From Acidobacteriota bacterium (lineage in GTDB: Bacteria; Acidobacteriota; Thermoanaerobaculia; Thermoanaerobaculales; Thermoanaerobaculaceae), in contig DAIDOU010000101.1 in NCBI GenBank assembly GCA_027458945.1, forward strand, positions 1 to 54,479: a stretch of DNA of 54,479 bases, written 5' to 3'. How positions within the stretch are numbered: the stretch's first letter is position 1; the number at the start of each line of letters is the position of its first letter. A program made the translations under genes and the position numbers. Below the pieces are notes generated by a model. It was not told where the DNA came from. It saw only the letters and a list, made by a program, of their open reading frames with translations, and ran no database searches. Below, in pieces: positions 47,805 through 54,479 of the stretch.

Positions 47805-47923
47805 CCACCTCCCAACTCTCTACACATGAAGCCTATCTGTAATGAGTTAGGAAGGCTACGACGAGGCTCAAGGGATGAAACGTTCCTTAGGGCTATTCAT
47901 CTGAGCGGAGTGGTCTTTGGCGT

Positions 47924-48736
47924 GTGGTTGATCGCCTGCGCGCAGGTGTGCATTACCCCAGGTCGGCGGGCGAGTTGAGGTCGTGGTTCGCTACAGATGA
48001 GGACTGCCTCGATTACCTCGACTGGGTCCGATGGCCGGCGGGGTTCGTCTGCCCGCATTGCGGGGGCGCGGGCGGCTGGCGGGTAGCGGACGGCGGGTAC
48101 CGGTGCCGGCGCTGCGGTAGGCGGACCGCGGTGACGGCGGGGACGTTGTTCGACCGGCGGCGCACGCCTCTGACGGTGTGGTTCGAGGCGTGCTGGATGT
48201 TCGTTTCGGCCAAGAATGGTGTCTCCGCGTTGACGGTGCAGCGGTCGCTGGAGATCGGTTCGTACGCCACCGAGTGGGCGATGCTGCACCGGCTGCGGCA
48301 GGTGCTGATCCGTCCGGGCCGGGAGCGGCTGTCGGGCACGGTGCAGGTCGATAAGACCTACTTCGGTGGCGTCGAGCCAGGGCTGGCGGGCGGCCGCGCG
48401 AAGGGGAAGAAATCGATGGTGGCGGTGGCTGTTGAAGAGGCCGCCCGCGGATTCGGCCGCTGTCGGATGCAGGTCATTCAGGATGCTTCCGCGGCCACGT
48501 TGGGTGGTTTCATCAGCGACAACGTGGAACCCGGCGCCACCGTGATCACCGACGGGTGGTCCGGCTACGCCGGTGTTACCGGCCTGGGCTACCAGCATGA
48601 GCCGCGCAATCAGTCCGCCGCCAGGAAGGCCGGCGAGGACATCGGCACGCTGCTGCCCGGCGTGCACCGGGTCGCGTCCCTCGCCAAGCGGTGGATGCTG
48701 GGAACACATCAAGCCTCTATCACCGAAGCGCACTTG
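47924..48736 (+). pseudogene. IS1595-family (ISXO2-like) transposase, 3'-truncated
   Basis: N-terminal zinc ribbon WPAGFVCPHCGG...CRRCG and a DDE region (VDKTYFGG, ITDGWSGY). Homology ends near ...GTHQASITEAHL at about 48736, where the convergent IS21 fragment begins. Confidence 0.75.
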
Positions 48737-48737
48737 T

Positions 48738-49694
48738 CGGGTCGACGGAGTAATCGTTGCCCAGGACCCGGACGTAGTAATCCCGTGGCAGCCTCACCTG
48801 CTCTCGGAACCCGAGCTCGGGTGCGACGGGCGGAAGGGGCAGCATCCGGTCGCGGTCCAACCCCACAAGCGACGCCGGCTTCGCCCGCAAAGACCTCACC
48901 CTCCGAGCATTCGCGATCGGCAGCCAGGCCCGCAGCTGCTGATTGAAATCATCTGCCGAAGAGAACGACCGGCCGGGCAGGAACGAGGTCTCCAGGAACC
49001 CGTTCGCGCGTTCGACGATGCCTTTCGACTCCGGGTCGAACGGTTTCAGCTGCACCAGCTTCGTCGCGAGCATCCCGCAGAACCCCGGCACCCCATGGGC
49101 GAGGTTGTTGCGGCGGCCGATGCCGGCCTCGTTGTCCCAGATCAGACGGCGCGGGACCGCGCCGAGCTGCCCGGACAGCAGCGACCACATGCCCGCCAAG
49201 AGATCCTGCGTCGTCCGGGTCGGGATCATCTCCGCCGTGATGAACCTCGAAAATGACGCCACGATCACCAGCACCGGGAACACGACCGGCCCGGCCGGTG
49301 TCATCACCGGCGTCGCCGGGAACCAGAGATCGCACTGCGCCTGATCACCGGCCGCGAACGCTAGCCGGTCAGCGGGATCCTTCGGCTCGTACTCCGGCCG
49401 CAACAACGCGACCTTCTTCCGGAACCACGACATCGAACCCGACCAGCCGGCGCGCTCCGCGATCACCGTCGCCGGCATCGACGGGAACTCCACCAACAAC
49501 TGCCGGACACGAACCTCGAACACGTCGAACGCCGAGGGGACCACCGGCCTCGAATACGACGGCGGCCCCTCGAGCGCCAACGCCTTCGTCACCGTGTCCC
49601 TAGCAACCCCGAGATGCTTCGCGATCTGCCGGATCGACAGGCCCTCGCTGCCATGCAGGTGCCGGATCTCCGCCCATTCCTTCACTGTGATCAC
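48738..49694 (-). pseudogene. istA: IS21-family transposase IstA, 3'-truncated (no istB)
   Basis: GTG start at 49692-49694. HTH (LSIRQIAKHLGVARDTV) and a DDE core (QCDLW..., IWDNE..., KGIVERANGF). It ends at ...GNDYSVDP, where full-length IstA proteins continue. Confidence 0.8.
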
Positions 49695-49713
49695 CCAACC
49701 AATCTGTCTGGGT

Positions 49714-49757
49714 GGCCTAGATTTCGAAGAGGCGCTACCGGCCTAGATTTCGAAGAG
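49714..49757. repeat. Two 18-bp direct repeats at the IS21-fragment terminus (multiple terminal repeats typical of IS21-family ends)
   Basis: GGCCTAGATTTCGAAGAG at 49714-49731 and at 49740-49757. The element end is probably TGTGTCAG (reverse complement) at about 49760-49767. Confidence 0.65.
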
Positions 49758-49777
49758 CGCTGACACAGGGGTGGAGG

Positions 49778-50410
49778 GTGTCCAAGAAGACCGTGCTCAA
49801 GTTAATGCGCGAGCTCGGGTTGCAGTGCCCGGTTCGGCGCCGCAAACGCTGCAACTCGTTTCGTGGCGAGGTCGGCGAGGCAGCCGACAACGTGTTGAAC
49901 CGCGAGTTCGCGACCAGAGTCAGGCATACCAAATGGGTCACGGGCGTGACCGAGTTCAAGATCGGTACCTCCAAGGTCTACGTCTCCTCCATCCTCGATC
50001 TGCACGACAACAGAGTCATCTCAACGATGGCAGGACCCTCTCCCAGCGTGAAGATGGTCACCGACGGTCTCCGCCTAGCAATCGGCGAGCTGGAGCCCGG
50101 CGAGCGAGCCCTGGTTCACTCTGACCAAGGATTTCAATACCGCCACGCCCTCTGGCGAGACGCGTTGCGAGAGGCCGGGCTGACCCAATCGATGTCCCGC
50201 AAGGGCACATGTCTCGACAACGCGGTGATCGAAGGCTTCTTCAGCCACCTCAAGGAAGAATGGTTCCGCATCCAGCAACCCGAAACTCTCGACGAGTTCC
50301 ACGCAGGGCTGAGGAGATACCTTCACTGGTGGAACTCTGCCCGACTCCAAGAACGGCTCGGCTACCTCAGCCCGGACGAGTATCAAGCACAGCTGGCCCC
50401 AACCGCGTAA
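49778..50410 (+). pseudogene. IS3-family OrfB (DDE) fragment, 5'-truncated by the IS21 insertion
   Basis: Begins at ...KTVLKLMRELGLQ and continues through the DDE core (HSDQGFQY, SRKGTCLDNAVIEGFF). IS3-type right inverted repeat CGTCCAACTTTCGGGGACCACTCCA at 50423-50447. Confidence 0.8.
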
Positions 50411-50447
50411 TGTCTATTTGCACGTCCAACTTTCGGGGACCACTCCA

Positions 50448-51159
50448 GGAGCCCATTCGTGTTCTCGTTCGAACCACGCTGCCACGGCGAGCGGGAGTCG
50501 CAGAAGTAGACCGGCGTCCCGAGCGATTTCGTGATCTCGATGTGCCTGGCCATCTCGGTGCCCTGGTCCCAGGTGATCGACCGCAGCAGGCCATCGGGCA
50601 GATCACCCATCCGCGCTTTCAACGCCTCGTGCAGCGACTCGCCATCCCGGCGGGGCAGATGCAGCAGCCGGACCAGCCGCGTCTGCCGTTCGACGAGAGT
50701 GCCGATCGCGGATCCCTGCCCCCGGCCGACGATGAGATCCCCCTCCCAGTGACCGGCTTCGGATCGGTCGGCCGGTTCGAAGGGCCGGTCGTGGATCGTC
50801 AGCATGGGCTGCTGGAACCGGGGCCGGCGCCGCTGCGTGTCCTGGTGAGCGCGCCGGTGATCCCGCCCTGTCCGAAGCGGCGAGCGGTGCTGCGGTGCCA
50901 GCTTCGAAGGCCGCAGGAACGCGGATCCGGGCGCGTAGAGGACCTGGTAGATGCTCTCGCGGCACAACTGCAGCTCCGGGTTCTCAGGGAATGTGAGCCG
51001 CAGGTGCCGGCTGATCTGTTCCGGGCTCCACCGCTGCCCCAGCATCTCCACCACCGACCGCCGCAGGACCGGCTCGATCTCGACACGCCGTCGAGGGCGG
51101 CGGGCCCGCCGGGCCGTCGCCCGCCGGTGCGCATCGAACGGCCGATAGCCCCGCCCGGC
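50448..51159 (-). pseudogene. IS30-family transposase fragment, truncated at both ends
   Basis: ...RGYRPFDAHRRATARRARRP...WSPEQISRHL...GHWEGDLIVG...TWDQGTEMA...SPWQRGSNENTNGLL. It is cut after NGLL by the IS3 end at 50447 and lacks the N-terminal HTH. Confidence 0.75.
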
Positions 51160-51405
51160 ACTTACGTCAACGACGACGAGAACCCTGTGGGAAGTGACAG
51201 CACGATACGAGACGCACCCGCGCTGATCGCCTTCATCAGCAACACCTGTGCGGACTCGCAGAGATGGATCGAGCATGCTCTCCGCGGCGGCATCGACGGC
51301 GTCCATGAAGACTTCGCCGAGACCAGCTCGTCGGTTCTCGTACCAGCTTGCGGCAGCACGGTACTCGTCGAGCGCTTCACCATGCCCACGCCAGGCGAGA
51401 CTCAC
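51160..51405 (-). pseudogene. ParE/RelE-family toxin remnant, fused in-frame to the IS30 fragment
   Basis: ...EALDEYRAAASWYENRRAGLGEVFMDAVDAAAESMLDP... matches the ParE-like pattern (A..WYE....GLG..F). No antitoxin gene fits in the 72 nt upstream. The C-terminus is lost. Confidence 0.4.
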
Positions 51406-51477
51406 TTGCGACGTGCGGCCGACACACCCCGAGACTGAGAAGGCGACCCTTATCCGTTGCTTGTCCGCCAGGGGGCC

Positions 51478-52920
51478 TCAAGCCCGGCCCCGCCCGTGAC
51501 GGGCATCTACCTCATCAAGGGCGTCCGTGCCAGTCGGGCGCACGGGGAGGGACACGACGAACACCGCGCCGTCGTCGCTATCGGGTGACTCCGTCGTGAT
51601 GCGACCACCGTGCGACGTCGCGATTTCGCTTGCAATTGCGAGGCCTAAACCGCTCCCGCTGTCACCGGTGGCGGCGGAACGTGCGCGGGCGGGGTCCAGT
51701 CGGGTGAATCGATCGAAGATCCGCAGCCGATCTTCGGCAGGGATCGGGATACCGTCGTTGGCGATCGTGATGACCGCATCCCCACCCCTCTCCGTCAGTG
51801 AGATGGAGACCGTCGACCGGGCATGTCGCACCGCGTTGTCTCCGATGTTGCGCACCAACCGGGCGAGATCTCCACGTCGGCCCATTGTCCGCACGGCCTG
51901 GAGGTCGACCAGTCGTACGGCAACCTGGCCGAGCTGTTCCATCCGGTGGAACTCGTCGATGACGATCTCATCGAGATCGACCGCCTCGAGGTCGTCGCGC
52001 TGACGCCCCTCGTCCGTATGCGCGAGGAAGAGGAGGTCGTCAATGAGTGAAGACATCCGGACCGCTTGCACCTGGACTGCGCGAAGTGCGGTCAGCGCAT
52101 CGGATCGGGTCAATGGATTGAGGGCGACCTCCACCTGGGCCCGCAGCGTGGCGAGCGGGCTTCTCAGCTCGTGCGACGCGTCTCCGATGAACCTCTTCTG
52201 TTTGAGCGCGGAGGCTTCGAGGAGATCGAGCATGTGGTTGACCGTGACCGCAAGTCGCGACACCTCGTCACGAGATCCCGGGACGGGAACCCGCTGACTG
52301 GGGTCCGACCCGATCGCCGCGGCCTGCCGGCGGATGCTCTCGATGGGCTTCAGGGACCGTCCGACCGCGGAGCGGATGGTCAATGCAACGATCACGATCA
52401 AGCTCGGAACTGCCGCAGCGAGGGACCAGCTGAGGGTGTTTGTCGCCGTGTCGACGTGCGCGAGCGACGTCGCGACATAGACCCATCCGGGCCCGCCGGG
52501 AAGAGTTGCCGGGTGCGTGACGACCCGAAACGACTGCGACTCGTCCCCGATCGGCAGCGTCTGCAGGGTCACGAAAGTGTCGTGGATGGCGGACGGGGGC
52601 CGGCTCAGGATCGGTGGCTCTCCGAGAACGTTGTCGGATGCCGAGGTCACCGCATTGGTCTGGTTGACGACCTGCACCAAGCTGCTGCCGTCGACGGGGG
52701 TCGGGAGAGTTGGTTGCGCGGCCGAGTGCATCAGGAGAGCCGACACGTCACGCGCTCGCGTCAAGGCGGAGGCGTCGAGGCTCGAGATCAGCGACTGATG
52801 CACCAGCGCGACGATAGCGACTGCGCCGAACGTCATGATGATGGCCAGGACACCGACGGCGGCGAATGTGACCCGGGCACGGACGCCCCACTGCCGGTGG
52901 TGGAACCGTGAGCGCATCAT
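51478..52920 (-). CDS. Sensor histidine kinase (CusS/heavy-metal-sensor-like architecture)
   Basis: 480 aa. Two TM helices flanking a periplasmic-type loop, HAMP, H-box DASHELRSPLATL, G-boxes. The start overlaps the regulator stop. Confidence 0.85.
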   Translation of the reverse strand: MMRSRFHHRQWGVRARVTFAAVGVLAIIMTFGAVAIVALVHQSLISSLDASALTRARDVSALLMHSAAQPTLPTPVDGSSLVQVVNQTNAVTSASDNVLGEPPILSRPPSAIHDTFVTLQTLPIGDESQSFRVVTHPATLPGGPGWVYVATSLAHVDTATNTLSWSLAAAVPSLIVIVALTIRSAVGRSLKPIESIRRQAAAIGSDPSQRVPVPGSRDEVSRLAVTVNHMLDLLEASALKQKRFIGDASHELRSPLATLRAQVEVALNPLTRSDALTALRAVQVQAVRMSSLIDDLLFLAHTDEGRQRDDLEAVDLDEIVIDEFHRMEQLGQVAVRLVDLQAVRTMGRRGDLARLVRNIGDNAVRHARSTVSISLTERGGDAVITIANDGIPIPAEDRLRIFDRFTRLDPARARSAATGDSGSGLGLAIASEIATSHGGRITTESPDSDDGAVFVVSLPVRPTGTDALDEVDARHGRGRA

Positions 52921-53618
52921 CCGGGACCCGGCCGCGCCGCGGGCGACTCCACGGCATCAAGCGAATAACCGACCCCGCGAACCGTCTGGATGTCGTGGCG
53001 CCCGAAGGGGCGATCGATTTTGCGACGAAGGTAGCCGATGTACACATCGACGATATTCGAGTCGATGTCGAGCTCTGCGTCCCACACATGCCGCGCGATG
53101 GTGGCGCGACTGGAGACGATCCCGCGTCGATACATGAGGAATTCGAGAAGGGAGAACTCCCGCGCAGTGAGCGATATCTCGGTTTCGCCCCTCCAACACC
53201 TGCGGGCGGCGGGGTCGATGCTGAGGTCGCCGAGAGTCAGCTTGGGCGATCGATCGGCAGGTGAACGCCGGAGCAGGGCCCGGATGCGGGCGCCAAGTAC
53301 CAGGAATGAGAATGGTTTCGAGAGATAGTCGTCCGCCCCGAGGTCAAGCGCTTCGGCTTCGTCGTGTTCGCCGTCCTTCGCCGTGAGCATCAGGATGGGC
53401 ACCTTCGATCCGTTCTGGCGGACACGCCGGCACACTTCGAATCCAGAGATCCCGGGAAGCATGAGGTCGAGGACCAGGATGTCGAAATCGTTCTCCGTGG
53501 CCATCCAGAGTCCCTCGATGCCATCCGGCGCGGTCTCAACCTGGAATCCCTCAGAACCAAGCCCGACGGCCAGAGCCGCGAGCATCTCGGCATCGTCGTC
53601 GATGACGAGAACCCGCAT
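52917..53618 (-). CDS. OmpR-family response regulator (CusR/CopR-like)
   Basis: 233 aa. MRVLVIDDD, VLDLMLPGISG, LTAKD, DDYLSKPF, plus a winged-helix domain. Confidence 0.9.
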   Translation of the reverse strand: MRVLVIDDDAEMLAALAVGLGSEGFQVETAPDGIEGLWMATENDFDILVLDLMLPGISGFEVCRRVRQNGSKVPILMLTAKDGEHDEAEALDLGADDYLSKPFSFLVLGARIRALLRRSPADRSPKLTLGDLSIDPAARRCWRGETEISLTAREFSLLEFLMYRRGIVSSRATIARHVWDAELDIDSNIVDVYIGYLRRKIDRPFGRHDIQTVRGVGYSLDAVESPAARPGPG

Positions 53619-53809
53619 CGCCGACCCCGTCCCCGCCCGATCGGAATCGTCGAGCTACCCGCCCATTCTTGTCCGCATGGCTGAGACGGCCGTGAGAGCG
53701 CAGCACGGCCACAACCGCAGGCGAATCCCCAGGCGAACTTATTTCCGGCTCATTCGGCTGTGACAGTTTCTCCATGTCCAAGCGGACGACGAACAAGGAG
53801 AAGACACAC

Positions 53810-54103
53810 ATGCAGAAGAAGAAGAAGACCGTCATCACCACTCTCGCGATCCTCGGCGGGCTTGGCTTGGCCTCTGTCGGCACGAGCGCTGCCATGGCGA
53901 GCACGCCGTCGGCACCGCCAAGCACGTCGACCTCATCTAGCACGGAGACCACCACCCCTGAGACCGCAGGCGCGACGGAGACCCCCGACGCACCGGAGAC
54001 CGGAGCGACCGCGGAATCCTCGACCGCGAACGATGGCCCCGGCGGCCACGCCGACGCACCGGGTGCCGACGTCAACCACGAGGGCGGAGACTCCGAGAAG
54101 TAG
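53810..54103 (+). CDS. Small secreted Ser/Thr/Pro/Glu-rich acidic protein
   Basis: 97 aa from the ATG at 53810 (AAGGAG 7 nt upstream). Signal MQKKKKTVITTLAILGGLGLASVGTSAAMA. Low-complexity body with a His/Asp/Glu-rich tail. Confidence 0.6.
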   Translation: MQKKKKTVITTLAILGGLGLASVGTSAAMASTPSAPPSTSTSSSTETTTPETAGATETPDAPETGATAESSTANDGPGGHADAPGADVNHEGGDSEK

Positions 54104-54123
54104 AAGAACTCGGGAATCCCGCC

Positions 54124-54160
54124 GAAGCCGCCCCGCGCATCCCGTGCGCGGGGCGGCTTC
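54124..54160 (+). terminator. Perfect 15-bp GC-rich hairpin after the small secreted-protein gene
   Basis: GAAGCCGCCCCGCGC, ATCCCGT loop, GCGCGGGGCGGCTTC. Confidence 0.6.
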
Positions 54161-54171
54161 GCGCGCCGGCG

Positions 54172-54325
54172 TTACTTCTGCGAAGAGACGCGCAGGACCA
54201 GATCCACCCGCGAACCCAACCCCGGGGTCGAGGTGACCCGCACTCGGCCATGATGAGCGTGGACCGATCCTCGTGACCGCCGAGAGCCCGAGCCCGTGAC
54301 CGGACGAAGAGTGATCACCTCGACC
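54172..54325 (-). pseudogene. Histidine-kinase C-terminal remnant (frameshifted, 5'-truncated)
   Basis: The reverse strand reads ...GLGLSAVTRI, then after a frameshift VHAHHGRVRVTSTPGLGSRVDLVLRVSSQK and a stop (TAA at 54172-54174). Confidence 0.45.
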
Positions 54326-54388
54326 GCTTCTCAGTTATGAGCCTCCAAGTCTCACCGCGAGCGGCCCAAGAGGTCGCAATTTGCAATA

Positions 54389-54479
54389 AGACTCGGTTGG
54401 TCGGGATGACAGTCTTCCTACCTTCGCTTCGAGGCCGATCTGCCCAACGAGACCTGGCAATCCAACTTCACCCACTGGC
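54389..54479 (+). mobile_element. Internal fragment of a DDE transposase (IS481/integrase-core-like) running off the window
   Basis: The frame reads ...RFEADLPNETWQSNFTHW, the motif that precedes the first catalytic Asp in IS481/IS3-type integrase cores. No start codon is in view. Confidence 0.45.

Noticed and set aside
50383-51405. A single intact 340-aa CDS
   Set aside because: It is a composite. The first ~82 residues are ParE-like and the rest is an IS30 transposase lacking both its N-terminal HTH and its C-terminus (cut by the IS3 inverted repeat at 50447). It is therefore called as two pseudogene fragments.

Overview
This is a high-GC, densely coding window with no rRNA genes or CRISPR arrays and a single tRNA, tRNA-Pro(GGG).

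The gene content falls into three blocks.

(1) About 1-8.7 kb looks diderm/proteobacterial. It holds a TonB-dependent outer-membrane receptor behind an AT-rich promoter with a palindromic operator. It also holds an Lrp/AsnC regulator transcribed divergently from an operon of an extended PLP enzyme, a GcvT-like protein and an FAD-linked oxidase.

(2) About 8.7-39.7 kb and 51.4-54.2 kb look actinobacterial:
- furA-katG and two OmpR/histidine-kinase pairs, each facing a small acidic secreted protein
- an ApbE plus ferric-reductase/PDR-fusion cluster
- a GT4/hypothetical/GH130 operon
- a K+/H+ antiporter and an osmoprotectant ABC transporter
- DUF427, DinB and a pyruvate-kinase-like protein
- a SipW/TasA-like locus
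- an aldehyde dehydrogenase next to an alcohol dehydrogenase-MoxR-VWA operon

(3) About 39.7-51.4 kb is a mobile-element and defence island around the tRNA. It contains remnants of IS3, IS110, IS1595, IS21, IS3 and IS30, one intact IS481-family element with a 15-bp target duplication, and a small toxin-antitoxin pair.

The most interesting item is in that island: a translationally coupled AbiEi-AbiEii-(primase-polymerase + SF2 helicase) three-gene operon. The second strongest candidate is an in-frame fusion of a SipW-type signal peptidase to a protein carrying its own SipW-type signal peptide and four Ig-like repeats, next to a TasA/camelysin-like gene.

The change in taxonomic flavour at about 8.65-8.70 kb may be a chimeric join or a horizontal transfer and should be verified. 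All calls rest on reading the translated ORFs and the DNA by eye; no searches were run.
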